Notes: generated by a model from the sequence alone, not told the origin. Shown: positions 39,279 through 49,556, numbered from the stretch's first letter. The stretch is 64,000 nucleotides of DNA from Alphaproteobacteria bacterium (GCA_965205265.1 CBDBGH010000003.1:1-64000), one strand, 5' to 3'. Numbers and translations are program-made.

Positions 39279-40052
39279 ATGCTTGAGGCGCTGGACGGCG
39301 TCTCGGCGGCCGGGCTGGCGGTGGCCGGGGCGGCGGCGGTCGCAGGCGGCCTGGTCCGGGGCTTCACCGGCTTCGGCGGGGCGCTGGTGATGGTGCCCGT
39401 GCTGAGCCTGGTTCTGGGCCCGGGTGCGGCGCTGGCGGCGGTCTGCGCATCGGGCGTGCCCGTCATCCTGCAATTGCTGCCGGCGGCGATCCGCCACGGC
39501 GAGCGCGCCTTCGTGCTGCCCTTCGCCGCTGCCGCCTTTGCGGCCGCGCCGGCGGGAAGCTGGGTGCTGGTCGCGGTCCCGCCCGCCGCCATGAAGATCG
39601 CCATATCGCTCGCCGTGCTGGCGATGACGGCGATGATGGCCTGGGGCTGGCGCTTCCCCGCCCGCGCCGGCGCCGGCGTCATGGCCGCGCTCGGCGCGGC
39701 GGCCGGTCTGGTGCAGGGTGCCACGGGCGTCGGCGGGCCGCCGGCCGTCGCCGCCGCGCTCGCCCGGCACGGCCAGCCGGAAACGCAGCGCGGCAATGTC
39801 ATCGGCGCGGTCTCCGCGCTCGGCCTCTGCGCGGCGGTTCCCTACTGGTTCCACGGCCTGTTCACGCTCGAAGCGCTGGCCGTCGCCGCCGTAATCCTGC
39901 CGGCCTATATCGGCTCGACTTGGGCCGGCATCCGCCTCTTCGCCGGGCGCGGCAAGGCTTGGTACCGGCGCGCGGCGCTCGCCGTGCTGGCCGCCGTCGG
40001 CCTTGCCACGCTCGCTTTCGCACTGCATGACTACGCCTCGCCACCGAGGTAG
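39279..40052 (+). CDS. Sulfite exporter TauE/SafE family membrane protein
   Basis: GLVRGFTGFGGALV and GATGVGGPP repeats; multiple TM segments. Confidence 0.85.
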   Translation: MLEALDGVSAAGLAVAGAAAVAGGLVRGFTGFGGALVMVPVLSLVLGPGAALAAVCASGVPVILQLLPAAIRHGERAFVLPFAAAAFAAAPAGSWVLVAVPPAAMKIAISLAVLAMTAMMAWGWRFPARAGAGVMAALGAAAGLVQGATGVGGPPAVAAALARHGQPETQRGNVIGAVSALGLCAAVPYWFHGLFTLEALAVAAVILPAYIGSTWAGIRLFAGRGKAWYRRAALAVLAAVGLATLAFALHDYASPPR

Positions 40053-40065
40053 GGAGGGTTCCGCC

Positions 40066-40413
40066 TTGACCGTCACGATCTGGCACAATCCGCGCTGCAG
40101 CAAGTCGCGGCAGACATTGACCCTGTTGCGCGAGCACGGCGTCGAACCGGAGATCGTCGAATATCTCAAGACGCCGCCGGCCGCCGGCGAACTCGAAGCG
40201 GTGCTGGACAAGCTCGGCATGGAGCCGCGCGACCTCATGCGCCGCAAGGAGGCCGCATACCGGGAAGCCGGCCTCGACGATCCGGCGCTCGGGCGCCGCG
40301 CGCTCGTGGAGGCGATGAGCGCGCATCCGGTGCTGATCGAACGCCCGGTGGTGCTGGCCAAGGGGAAAGCCGCGCTCGGCCGCCCGCCGGAGAACGTGCT
40401 GGCGATCCTGTAG
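40066..40413 (+). CDS. arsC: Arsenate reductase (glutaredoxin-dependent) family
   Basis: HNPRCSKSR, LIERP, GRPPE; TTG start after GGGAGGG. Confidence 0.88.
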   Translation: MTVTIWHNPRCSKSRQTLTLLREHGVEPEIVEYLKTPPAAGELEAVLDKLGMEPRDLMRRKEAAYREAGLDDPALGRRALVEAMSAHPVLIERPVVLAKGKAALGRPPENVLAIL

Positions 40414-40416
40414 CGC

Positions 40417-42219
40417 TCAGGTCTCGTTCATCCGGAGCGCGGCGATGAAGGCGCTTTGCGGGATGTCCACCTTGCCGAAGGTGCGCATCCGCTTCTTGCC
40501 CTCCTTCTGGCGGTCCAGCAGCTTGCGCTTGCGCGTCACGTCGCCGCCATAGCATTTGGCGGTCACGTCCTTGCGCATGGCCGAGATGGTCTCGCGCGCG
40601 ACGATCCGGCCCCCGACTGCAGCCTGGATCGGGATCTTGAAAAGCTGGCGCGGGATCAGCTCCTTCAGCCGTTCGCAAAGCTGGCGGCCCCGGCCTTCCG
40701 CGCGCATCCGGTGGGTGATGCAGGCCAGCGCATCGACCGGCTCGTGGTTCACCAGCAGCGAGAGCTTCACCAGGTCGCCCTCGCGGTAGTCCTCGATCCG
40801 GTAGTCGAAACTCGCATAGCCGCGGCTCAGCGACTTCAGCCGGTCGTAGAAGTCGAACACCACCTCGTTCAGCGGCAGCTCATAGACGACCATGGCGCGG
40901 TTGCCGACATAGGTGAGCTCGCGCTGGATGCCGCGCCGCTCCTCGCAGAGCTTGAGGATGCCGCCCAGATACTCGTCCGGCGTGAAGATCGTCGCGGCGA
41001 TCCAGGGCTCCTCGATATGCGAAATCTGCGCCGGGTCCGGCATGTCGGCCGGGTTGTGCAGCAGGTCCGTGCCGCCGTCCGTGCGGTGGACCCGATAGAC
41101 GACGCTCGGCGCGGTCGCGATCAGGTCGAGGCCGAATTCGCGGTCGAGCCGCTCCTGCACGATCTCCAGATGCAGCAGGCCGAGAAAGCTGCAGCGGAAG
41201 CCGAAGCCGAGCGCCGGCGAGTTCTCCGGCTCGTATTCGAAGCCGGCGTCGTTCAGGCGCAGCTTGGCGAGGCTCTCCCGCAGGAATTCGAAGTCCGCCG
41301 AATCGGTCGGGAAGAGCCCGCAGAACACCACCGGCAGGCTCGGCTGGAAGCCCGGCAGCGGCTCGGGCGCGGGCCTGCGGTCGTCGGTGACCGTGTCGCC
41401 CACCTGGCAGTCCGCCACCGTCTTGATCGCCGCGCTCACATAGCCGATCTCGCCGGGCCCCAGCCGGTCCGCCTTTTGCCGCTTCGGCGTGAAGACGCCC
41501 ACCTCGTCGATATCGTAGGCCGCGCCGGTCGCCATCAGCCGCATCTTCACGCCGCGCCTGAGTTCGCCCTCGCGGACGCGGACCAGCGCGATCACGCCGA
41601 GATAGCGGTCGTACCAACTGTCCACCACCATGGCGCGCAGATGCCCGTCGCCGGCGACCTCTGCGGCCGGCGGCGGCAGGCGGCCCGCGAGCGCCTCCAG
41701 CAGATCGGGAATGCCCTCGCCCGTCTTGGCCGAGCACAGCACGGCGTCGCTCGCGTCGATGCCGACCACGTCCTCGATCTGGCTGCGGACGCGCTCCGGG
41801 TCGGCAGCCGGCAGATCGACCTTGTTGAGCGCGACGACGATCTCATGGTCGTTGTCCACCGCCTGATAGACATTGGCGAGCGTCTGCGCCTCGACCCCCT
41901 GGGTCGCGTCCACCACCAGCAGCGAGCCCTCGCAGGCGGCGAGCGAGCGGTTCACCTCATAGGCGAAATCGACATGGCCCGGCGTGTCGATCAGGTTGAG
42001 CGAGAAGGCCCGGCCGTCCGCCGCCTCGTAGTCGAGGCGCACGGTCTGCGCCTTGATCGTGATGCCGCGCTCGCGCTCCAGGTCCATATTGTCGAGCACC
42101 TGGTCGCGCATCTCGCGCTCGGTCAGCCCGCCGCAAATCTGGATCAGCCGGTCCGCCAGGGTCGATTTGCCGTGGTCGATATGGGCGATGATGGCGAAAT
42201 TGCGGATGTGCTCGGTCAT
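40417..42219 (-). CDS. lepA: Elongation factor 4
   Basis: [46 protein letters not shown]. Confidence 0.97.
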   Translation of the reverse strand: MTEHIRNFAIIAHIDHGKSTLADRLIQICGGLTEREMRDQVLDNMDLERERGITIKAQTVRLDYEAADGRAFSLNLIDTPGHVDFAYEVNRSLAACEGSLLVVDATQGVEAQTLANVYQAVDNDHEIVVALNKVDLPAADPERVRSQIEDVVGIDASDAVLCSAKTGEGIPDLLEALAGRLPPPAAEVAGDGHLRAMVVDSWYDRYLGVIALVRVREGELRRGVKMRLMATGAAYDIDEVGVFTPKRQKADRLGPGEIGYVSAAIKTVADCQVGDTVTDDRRPAPEPLPGFQPSLPVVFCGLFPTDSADFEFLRESLAKLRLNDAGFEYEPENSPALGFGFRCSFLGLLHLEIVQERLDREFGLDLIATAPSVVYRVHRTDGGTDLLHNPADMPDPAQISHIEEPWIAATIFTPDEYLGGILKLCEERRGIQRELTYVGNRAMVVYELPLNEVVFDFYDRLKSLSRGYASFDYRIEDYREGDLVKLSLLVNHEPVDALACITHRMRAEGRGRQLCERLKELIPRQLFKIPIQAAVGGRIVARETISAMRKDVTAKCYGGDVTRKRKLLDRQKEGKKRMRTFGKVDIPQSAFIAALRMNET

Positions 42220-42299
42220 GGCGGCGCGGTATAGCAACGGTCTCCGCAGGCAACAAGCAGCCGGCCCGGGCGAACGGCAGCGGGGAGACTGCCCGGCGC

Positions 42300-43156
42300 G
42301 TCATGATGTGTCATGTTTGGGGCTTATATGGATAGGTTGACAACAGGTTTGGGAGGCTTCGCACCTTCTCTCCGGCGTCCAACCCGCCCCCATATCGTCA
42401 TACCCGGACTTGTTCCGGGTATCCATGCGGCCGTCCGGCGGCAGCGGTGGAGAGAGATACCCGGAACAAGTCCGAGTATGACGGAGGGGGCGTTGAGGTA
42501 TGACGGAAGAAATGTCGTCGGTCTCCCCCGTCAACCTATCTTTGTAATCTCCTCATGTTTTGTATGCGCAAGACGCATAAGTAGCTGCCCGTTTGGGCAT
42601 GAAGGCCGTCCTTCCACGAATTCCGCCTCCTTCGCCTGGCTCAGGGCGGGCCTGTCCCGGACCGCGATCCGGGGGCCGGGGCGGGTCGTCTCTCGACCCG
42701 CCGCCGGCTCCTTCGCGCCGTGGGACCCTGCTTCGCGCATAATGCGCGCGCGCCCGCCCGCGCGCGTTTCGCGGCGGCGCGCGCGAGGCGCAGGGTGCGT
42801 TGCTCCCGGCCGCTTCCTGCGGATATGTCATGAAATGTCATGTTCCCCATGTCTTCCGTGAATCCCTGCCGTTCCGTTCCTGCATATCGGTCCTCCGTCG
42901 GTTTCGTTCCCGTCCCTTTGCCACCGCCGTTTTACCCGGCGACCCCGGGGCGGCGGGGGCCTGTTTTGCGCGCGCGCCCGCCTGCGCATGTTTCGCGGCG
43001 GCGCGCCCGCGCGCGCGAGGCGGAAGGTGCACGTCTTCCATGCGTTCCCGCCGGGGTTCCCGGCCCCGGCCGCTCTCCTGCGCAGAAAGCGAAAGGCGGC
43101 CCCGGGAGCCGCCTTCTCTCTACCGCCACCCTACCACACCTTTTTCCGATGTCAAG
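42300..43156 (-). repeat. Dispersed non-coding element copy B (two GC-rich units, each ending in CATGAC x2)
   Basis: TTGACA 43155-43150, hairpin 43094-43114 identical to 271-291, motifs at 42825-42844 and 42300-42318; interrupted by a MITE. Confidence 0.7.
42319..42552. mobile_element. 234-bp MITE with IS1595-like ends and 8-bp TSD, containing a REP doublet (42397-42482)
   Basis: TIRs GGGGCTTATATGGATAGGTTGAC / GGAGATTACAAAGATAGGTTGAC; TCATGTTT at 42311-42318 and 42553-42560. Confidence 0.88.
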
Positions 43157-43223
43157 CCCCGGGGTGGGTAGAATATGAAATTGTTCCGATATTTCTCTGG
43201 GAACCGCGCCGGAAAACCGGGGT

Positions 43224-43718
43224 TCAGGCGTCCGCGTCGTTGTCCCGCAAGGCGACGAAGACCAGGACCAGGAAGGTCAGCAGCGCGAGGTTGAAGGCGG
43301 TGGGCTTGGCGTTCCACTCGGAGGACTGCCACATCAGGAACCACTCGTTCGCGACCACGAGGAAGAGGCCGAACCAGATGAAGGCCCCGAGGCCGAGCCC
43401 CGCCAGCGCCGGGGCCTTGGCGGCGTGGAACAGGTGCGGCTCCCGCAGCCGCGACAGCAGGCGCACGCCGCCGATCCAGCAGAGCAGCGCGGCCGCCGCC
43501 TGCAACGCGATGATCGCCACATAGGCGGCGTGATGGAGCGCCGGCGCGTGGACCGCCCGCCACATCGACGCCTCGCTGCGGAAGGTGGTGTCCATCGTCA
43601 TCACATGGGTGACGAAGCCCAGATTCGCGCCGTAGTCCGTCACATTGCCGAAGGCGACGAGCGAGAGATAGGCGGCCATGAGCAGCACAGCCCCGGCCTT
43701 GGCGGCTCTGGTGAACAT
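43224..43718 (-). CDS. DUF2165 family small integral membrane protein
   Basis: FGNVTDYGAN..FV.HV.TMDTTF, EWFLMWQS..WN. Confidence 0.85.
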   Translation of the reverse strand: MFTRAAKAGAVLLMAAYLSLVAFGNVTDYGANLGFVTHVMTMDTTFRSEASMWRAVHAPALHHAAYVAIIALQAAAALLCWIGGVRLLSRLREPHLFHAAKAPALAGLGLGAFIWFGLFLVVANEWFLMWQSSEWNAKPTAFNLALLTFLVLVFVALRDNDADA

Positions 43719-43793
43719 TATGCTTTCACCCTTCTCTCCCGGAGGGAAGCGCTCCGCCGCCCCGGGCGTAACCGGCAGGCAGCGGTGCTGCGG

Positions 43794-44129
43794 TCAGGCG
43801 GCCGGGCGCCGGCCGGCGATCGCCTCGCGCAGGCCGTCGAGAAGCCCCTCCAGCCTCGCCTGCCCGTGTTCGACCGCCCGCAGCCTCTGGTCGAGCCCGT
43901 CGATGCGCGCGCCGAGGCTCCTGTCCAGGTCGTCGATGCGCCTGTTGATCTCGTCGATGCGCGCGCCGAGGCTCTTGTTGGTCTCGTCGATGCGTGCGTT
44001 GAGGGATTTGTCGAGCCCGTCGATGCGCGCGCCGAGGCGGTCCTCGAGCCGGGACATGGCGCGCAGCAGCAGAGCCGTCACGGCGATGAGGATGGCGGGC
44101 GTGATCCACACGGCGAACTCTGTCGGCAT
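43794..44129 (-). CDS. Small membrane-anchored coiled-coil protein with ~11-aa LxARID repeats
   Basis: N-terminal hydrophobic stretch, then LGARIDGLDKS / LNARIDETNKS / LGARIDEINRR repeats; matching 33-bp DNA repeats. Confidence 0.7.
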   Translation of the reverse strand: MPTEFAVWITPAILIAVTALLLRAMSRLEDRLGARIDGLDKSLNARIDETNKSLGARIDEINRRIDDLDRSLGARIDGLDQRLRAVEHGQARLEGLLDGLREAIAGRRPAA

Positions 44130-44194
44130 CGGCGATTCCCTTCCGGGCCAGTATGCGCCGGCAAGGTCCCGCCCGGCAAGCGGGCGCGGGGCGG

Positions 44195-45667
44195 CTATCC
44201 GTCTCCACCGCCATCCGGCGCTGCGAGCAGGCGGCGGAGGATCTTGCCGACGGGCGATTTCGGGATTTCGTCGATGAACAGATAGCGGCGCGGGCGCTTG
44301 AAGTCTGCGAGCGCGCTGGCGCGGCAGTGCGCGTCGAGCGCCTCGGCCGTCGCCTCGCCGGAGGCCACGACGAAGGCGGCGACGACTTGGCCCCAGCGCT
44401 CGTCCGGAAGGCCGACGACGGCGACTTCCGCCACGGCCGGGTGCAGGGAGAGCACGCTTTCGATCTCCACCGGCGAGACATTCTCGCCGCCGGTGACGAT
44501 CATGTCGTCCACGCGGCCGGTGACGAACAGGTCGCCGTCCTCGTCCAGCCAGCCGGTGTCGCCTGTGTAGTACCAGCCGTCCCGCAGCGCGCGGGCGTCG
44601 GCGTCCGGGCGGCGCCAGTAGCCTTCGAAGGCCTCGTCGCTGGCGAGCGTTGCGGCGATCTCCCCCTCCTCTCCCGGCACGGCATCGCGCGTCCCGTCGA
44701 GGCTCAGCACGCGGATGCGCTGGTTGAGGCCCGCTTTGCCGGCGGAGCCCGGCTTGGCCGGCGCGTCCGGGCAGACGGTGAAGGTGTAGATCTCCGAGGA
44801 GCCGTAATGGTTGACGAACAGCTCCGGCCGGAAGGCGGCGTTCAGCCGTTGCAGGAGGCCGTCGGTCATCGACGCGCCGGCAAAGCCGAGCTTGCGGACC
44901 GAGCGCACCCGCCCGCGCGAGAAAGCCGGATGCGCCAGAAGGTCGTGATAAAGCGTCGGCGCGAGGTAGAGCGCGGTCACGCCCTCGGCCTCGATCAGGT
45001 CGAGCGCGATGCCGGGATCGAAGCGCGGCTGGCAGACGAACACGCCGTCCACCAGCGCTGACGCCAGCAGCGAGCGCACGCCCATGGTGTGGTAGAGCGG
45101 CATGACGCCGAGCGCGACCTCGCCCGGCGCATAGCGGTTCTGCGCGATATGGGCGATGGCGGCGGCCCGCTCCGCGCGGTGGCGGCGCGGCACGCCCTTC
45201 GGCCGGCCGGTCGTGCCGGAGGTGTAGAGCATGACCGACCAGTCCTCCGCCGAGGCGGCCGGGACGGCAGGCGGGCCCTGTAGCAGGGCCTCCAGCGCCG
45301 GGCCCGCCCCGATGCGGCGGATGGCCTGCGCGCGGGGCGAGGCGGCGACGGCCGCGGCGGCTTCCGGGCCGAAGACCACCGTGTCGGCCTCGGCGTCGGC
45401 GAGGCAGTAGTCGATCTCCCCGGCCTTGAGCCGCCAGTTGAGCGGCACGATGAGCTTGCCCGAAAGCTGGCAGGCCCAGTGGAGGGTCGCCGCGTCGAGC
45501 GTGTTCCGGAGCACGGTCGCGATCCGCTCGCCTTCCAGCCCGCCCGCGAGCCGGAGCGCCCGGTCGAGCCACGCGGCATAGGTCAGGCGCTCCTCGCCCG
45601 CCACGACGGCGAGCCGGTCCGGGGCGCGTTCGGCGGCTTGCAGGAGGGCCGTGCCGACATCAAGCAT
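44195..45667 (-). CDS. hmfD: Acyl-CoA synthetase, 2-furoate--CoA ligase-like
   Basis: YTSGTTGRPKG, NHYGSSE, TGD, GRVDD; ATLHWACQ..G..VPLNWR recalled as HmfD-like; directly follows hmfABC-like genes. Confidence 0.7.
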   Translation of the reverse strand: MLDVGTALLQAAERAPDRLAVVAGEERLTYAAWLDRALRLAGGLEGERIATVLRNTLDAATLHWACQLSGKLIVPLNWRLKAGEIDYCLADAEADTVVFGPEAAAAVAASPRAQAIRRIGAGPALEALLQGPPAVPAASAEDWSVMLYTSGTTGRPKGVPRRHRAERAAAIAHIAQNRYAPGEVALGVMPLYHTMGVRSLLASALVDGVFVCQPRFDPGIALDLIEAEGVTALYLAPTLYHDLLAHPAFSRGRVRSVRKLGFAGASMTDGLLQRLNAAFRPELFVNHYGSSEIYTFTVCPDAPAKPGSAGKAGLNQRIRVLSLDGTRDAVPGEEGEIAATLASDEAFEGYWRRPDADARALRDGWYYTGDTGWLDEDGDLFVTGRVDDMIVTGGENVSPVEIESVLSLHPAVAEVAVVGLPDERWGQVVAAFVVASGEATAEALDAHCRASALADFKRPRRYLFIDEIPKSPVGKILRRLLAAPDGGGDG

Positions 45668-46100
45668 CGGCGGCGTCCAGTGCGGCGGCGACGATGGGGG
45701 TGTAGCCGGTGCAGCGGCACAAATGGCCGCTCAGCACTTCCCGCACCTCGCGCTCCGTCGGATTGGGCCTCTCGCGGAGGAAGGCGCTCAGGCTCATCAG
45801 GATACCGGCCGTGCAGAAGCCGCATTGCAGGGCGAAATGGCGGCGGAAGGCGGCGTGCAGCACCCCTTCCTCCAGCCCCTCCACGGTCACGACCTCCGCG
45901 CCCTCGCACTGGACGGCGAACGCGAGGCAGGAGCGCGCCGGCCGGCCGTCGATCAGCACGGTGCAGGCCCCGCAGACGCCGTGCTCGCAGCCGACATGCG
46001 TGCCCGTCAGACCGAGCGTGTGGCGCAGGAAGTCGGAGAGCAGCAGGCGCGGCTCCGCCGCCGCCTCCACCGCCTCGCCGTTCACGGTCATGCGCGGCAT
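45660..46100 (-). CDS. hmfC: Molybdenum hydroxylase 2Fe-2S subunit
   Basis: GCEHGVCGACT, QCGFC, LCRCTGY. Confidence 0.7.
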   Translation of the reverse strand: MPRMTVNGEAVEAAAEPRLLLSDFLRHTLGLTGTHVGCEHGVCGACTVLIDGRPARSCLAFAVQCEGAEVVTVEGLEEGVLHAAFRRHFALQCGFCTAGILMSLSAFLRERPNPTEREVREVLSGHLCRCTGYTPIVAAALDAADA

Positions 46101-46843
46101 GCGAGCGCCTCCTCCGCCGTCGCCCGGCCGACGCGGGCCACCAGCCGGCGGCGGTAGGCGGCATTGGCGTGGAAGTCGTCGCGGGCGTCGATCATGTCCG
46201 CGTCGATGGCGAGGCCGTCCAGCACGACCGGCGTGTCCGCGACGCCGCCGACCGCGAGCCGGACGCCGTCGCTGTCGGCCACGGCTGCGAAGGCCGCAAG
46301 CGCGAAATCGCCGTGCCGGAGCGCCACCTCGCGGAAGGCGTAGCCGGCGCGCGGGTCGGGCGGAGGCACCTCCACCGCCACGATCAGTTCGTCCTCCTCG
46401 CGCGCGGTCATCAGCGGCCCCTCGAAGAAAGCCGCCGCCTCGACCGTGCGCTCGCCGCCCGCCGAGGCGAGATGAACCCGCCCGCCGAGCGCCACCAGGC
46501 AGAGCGGCAGTTCCGCCGCCGGGTCGGCGTGCGCGACCGAGCCGCAGAAAGTGCCGCGCGAGCGCGTCTGGTAGTGGCCGACATGCGGCAGGGCGCGGTC
46601 GATCAGCGGGTGCAGGCCGGCGAGCTCCGCCTGGCGGACGGCCGCGCCCACCCGGAGCCCGCGCCCGCGAAGCTCGGGAAGGTGCGCGATGTCCACCAGC
46701 AGGTCCGGCCGCGCGAGGCGCATGTTCAGCATGGCGACCAGCGACTGGCCGCCTGCAAGCGCCATCGCGCCGTCCGAGGCCAGCGCCTCCAGCGCCTCGC
46801 CGAGGCTTGCGGGGCGCAGATAGTCGAAGGGCGCGGGCTTCAC
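46088..46843 (-). CDS. hmfB: Molybdenum hydroxylase FAD subunit
   Basis: KPAPFDY, AGGQSL, RGTFCGSVAHADP, RHGDFA. Confidence 0.7.
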   Translation of the reverse strand: MKPAPFDYLRPASLGEALEALASDGAMALAGGQSLVAMLNMRLARPDLLVDIAHLPELRGRGLRVGAAVRQAELAGLHPLIDRALPHVGHYQTRSRGTFCGSVAHADPAAELPLCLVALGGRVHLASAGGERTVEAAAFFEGPLMTAREEDELIVAVEVPPPDPRAGYAFREVALRHGDFALAAFAAVADSDGVRLAVGGVADTPVVLDGLAIDADMIDARDDFHANAAYRRRLVARVGRATAEEALACRA

Positions 46844-49173
46844 GGGATGAGCGCCGCGACCCGCGCCGGCGTCAGCGGCAGTTCCAGGTCTTCGACGCCA
46901 AGCGCGTCCGCCACCGCATTGGCGATGCAGGCCGGCGCGCTCATGGTGTTGCCTTCGCCGATGCCCTTGGCGCCGAGGGGGGTGAAGGGCGAGGGGCTTT
47001 CGAGATGCAGGATCTCCGGGTCCGGCATTTCGCAGGCGGTCGGCGGCGGGTAGTCGGCGAAGGTGCCGGCGAGCGGCTGGCCCGCCTCGTCATAGACGAA
47101 GGCTTCGAAGAGCGCCGCGCCGACGGCATTGGAGAGGCTGCCGCGCACCTGCCCGTCCGCCATCGGGCGGTGGAGCAGGCGCCCGGCATCGTGCGCGGTC
47201 ACGTAGCGGTCTATGCGGACCCGCCCGGTATCGCGGTCCACCTCCACGCCGCAGGCGTCGAAGATGAAGCCGTAGGCGGCGGAGCCGTTGATGCGGTCCT
47301 CCGCGTCGGGCGGCCCCAGCTCCGGCGGGGTCCAGAACTCGGTTGCCCTGAGCGCCGGCTCCACCCCCTGCGGCAGGGTGCCGGGCGACCAGTGGGCGAG
47401 GCCGGCAAGGCGCGCGAACGGCACCTCCCTGCCGGGTCCGGCCCCGACCGTGCCGCCCTCGAAGCGGATGTCCTCCGGCGGCAGGTCGAGCCTGGCGGCG
47501 GCGAGCCGGGCGAGCCGCTGGCGCAGGGTCGAGGCCGCCCGCCACGCCGTGCCGGCGACGGCGGGCGCGAAACGGCAGGAATAGTTGCCGGCGGCGATCG
47601 ACCAGGCGTCCCGGGCGCTGTCGAACTCCGCCACGACCCGGATGTCGGCGGGCGCAAGGCCGAACGCGCCGGCCACAACCTCCGCCAGCACGGTACGGTG
47701 GCCCTGGCCCTGGGGGATGGAATCGGCGGTGACGGTGACGCCGCCATGCGGATCGATGGCGACGGTGGCGGCGGCGAGCGCGCCGTTCTTGAGCCCGCCT
47801 GCGAGGCGGTCGTCATGCTCCAGCACCGTGGTGATGTAGCCCATATTGGAGACGGTCGGCTCCACCGCGGCCGCCAGCCCGACGCCGTATAGCCGCCCCT
47901 CGGCGCGGGCCGCTCTGCGCCGCGCCCGGAGTTCGTCGATGGCCGGGCGGGCGAGGTCCACGACCGCGTCGAAATCGCCGGAATCGTAGAGCGCGCCCGA
48001 AGCCGTGCGGTGGGGCGTCTCGCGCACGAGGTTGCGTTGCAGCACCTCCAGCCGGTCGAGGCCGAGGCGGTCCGCGATGCGGTGCATCAGCCGCTCCAGC
48101 GCGAAATAGACCTGCGGGCCGCCGAAGCCGCGATTGAGGCCGCTCGGCGTCTTGTTGGTGACGGCGATGCTGTTCTCGACTTCGAGGTTGGGGATGTCGT
48201 AGGCCCCGGTCATCGCGCCGTGCATCCGGTAGAGCGTCGCCGGCTCGGGCGCCTTGATATAGGCCCCGCAGTCCTCCAGCTGCGTGTAGCGGAGCGCCGT
48301 CACCCGGCCGTCGGCCATGACGGCGGCCTCCAGGCGCGTTTCGCGGTTGGTGGCGGAGCCGGCGGCGGTCAGGTGCTCCAGCCGGTCCTCGATCCATTTC
48401 ACCGGCCGGCCGGCAAGCCGGGCGACGGCCGCCATCAGCACGATATAGGGTGCGAGGCCCTGCTTGATGCCGAAGCTGCCGCCGGAATCGGGCGGGGTGC
48501 GCAGGCGCAGCCGGTTGGCCGGCACGCCGAGCGCCGCCGCCATCACCGGATGCAGCGCGAACGGCCCCTGGAAGGGCGCCGTCACCTCGAAGGCGCCGGC
48601 GTCGGGGTCCCAGGTGGCGATCAGGCCGAAACACTCGATGGGCGTCACCGCGCTGCGCGGATAGCTGACCTCGATGGCGAAGCGGCGGTCGGCGGCGGCG
48701 AAGGCGCCTTCCGGGTCGCCGTAGGAAAACCGCCGCCGGTTCGCGAGATTGGTGCCGGCGGCCTCGTGCAGCAGCGGCGCGCCTTCCGCAATGGCCGCCC
48801 AGGGCGAGACAACGGCCGGCAGGGGTTCGTATTCGACCTCCACCAGCTCCAGCGCGTCTTCGGCCCGGTAGCGATCCTCCGCCAGCACGACTGCGACCGG
48901 CTCGCCGACATAGCGCACCTTCCCGGTCGCGACCGGGAAGTGGCGCATGGGCGTGCGAAGCGCTGCGATGAAGGGCCTGAGGCCGGCGGCGATGTCCGGT
49001 CCCGTGAACAGGCGCACGCCCTCCGGCGCGGTTATGGGGCCCAAGCGGGCATGGGCGTGGGGCGAGCGCAGGATCGCGGCATGGAGCGTGCGCGGCGGCT
49101 GGGGCAGGTCGTCGATAAACCGCCCCCTGCCGCTGAGCAGCGCCCGATCCTCCACCCGTTCGCCGCCCGTCAC
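46840..49173 (-). CDS. hmfA: Xanthine dehydrogenase family molybdopterin subunit, 2-furoyl-CoA dehydrogenase-like
   Basis: RSPHAHA, DSGGSFGIK, NRGFGGPQ, QGQGH, GAKGIGE; gene order large, FAD, FeS, CoA ligase. Confidence 0.7.
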   Translation of the reverse strand: MTGGERVEDRALLSGRGRFIDDLPQPPRTLHAAILRSPHAHARLGPITAPEGVRLFTGPDIAAGLRPFIAALRTPMRHFPVATGKVRYVGEPVAVVLAEDRYRAEDALELVEVEYEPLPAVVSPWAAIAEGAPLLHEAAGTNLANRRRFSYGDPEGAFAAADRRFAIEVSYPRSAVTPIECFGLIATWDPDAGAFEVTAPFQGPFALHPVMAAALGVPANRLRLRTPPDSGGSFGIKQGLAPYIVLMAAVARLAGRPVKWIEDRLEHLTAAGSATNRETRLEAAVMADGRVTALRYTQLEDCGAYIKAPEPATLYRMHGAMTGAYDIPNLEVENSIAVTNKTPSGLNRGFGGPQVYFALERLMHRIADRLGLDRLEVLQRNLVRETPHRTASGALYDSGDFDAVVDLARPAIDELRARRRAARAEGRLYGVGLAAAVEPTVSNMGYITTVLEHDDRLAGGLKNGALAAATVAIDPHGGVTVTADSIPQGQGHRTVLAEVVAGAFGLAPADIRVVAEFDSARDAWSIAAGNYSCRFAPAVAGTAWRAASTLRQRLARLAAARLDLPPEDIRFEGGTVGAGPGREVPFARLAGLAHWSPGTLPQGVEPALRATEFWTPPELGPPDAEDRINGSAAYGFIFDACGVEVDRDTGRVRIDRYVTAHDAGRLLHRPMADGQVRGSLSNAVGAALFEAFVYDEAGQPLAGTFADYPPPTACEMPDPEILHLESPSPFTPLGAKGIGEGNTMSAPACIANAVADALGVEDLELPLTPARVAALIP

Positions 49174-49264
49174 CCTGCGTTCCGTCCCGTCATCGCCGTT
49201 CCTACTTAGCCCGGATTTCCCGGCGCTGTCATGGTCTGCGCACCGCCATCCGCTCGTCTGGATA

Positions 49265-49553
49265 GGCTACGGCTTCACACATCTGCGTCCGATAGCATTG
49301 CGTTGCATGAGCCTCCTCCGTCACCCCGGCCCCCGAGCCGGGGTCCAGCCTCGCTTCTCGCGGCGGCCTCGGCGGCTTGTCCTGCTCTCCACCGGCTGCG
49401 GCGGCATCGAGAGCCATGGGTGGACCCCGGCTCGGGGGCCGGGGTGACGAAAGGGGGGCCGGGGGGCGACCCCCGCCTTTGCGGAGGCACTCGCAACAAG
49501 GCTGGCAGGCGCACCGGATACAAGACGGCAAGAGATGTGTGCATGCGGTAGCC
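49265..49553. mobile_element. Putative degenerate MITE enclosing a REP doublet
   Basis: Imperfect IRs GGCTACGGCTTCACACATCT (49265-49284) and the reverse complement of AGATGTGTGCATGCGGTAGCC (49533-49553); no TSD seen. Confidence 0.5.
49320..49448. repeat. REP-like palindrome doublet (family 2)
   Basis: GTCACCCCGGCCCCCGAGCCGGGGTCCA ... TGGACCCCGGCTCGGGGGCCGGGGTGAC; partial copies at about 52137-52208 and 61136-61154. Confidence 0.85.
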
Positions 49554-49556
49554 CGC

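Noticed and set aside
42300-43156. CRISPR interpretation of the CATGACA repeats or REP clusters
   Set aside because: Too few units, spacing of hundreds of bp, non-identical repeats and no cas genes.
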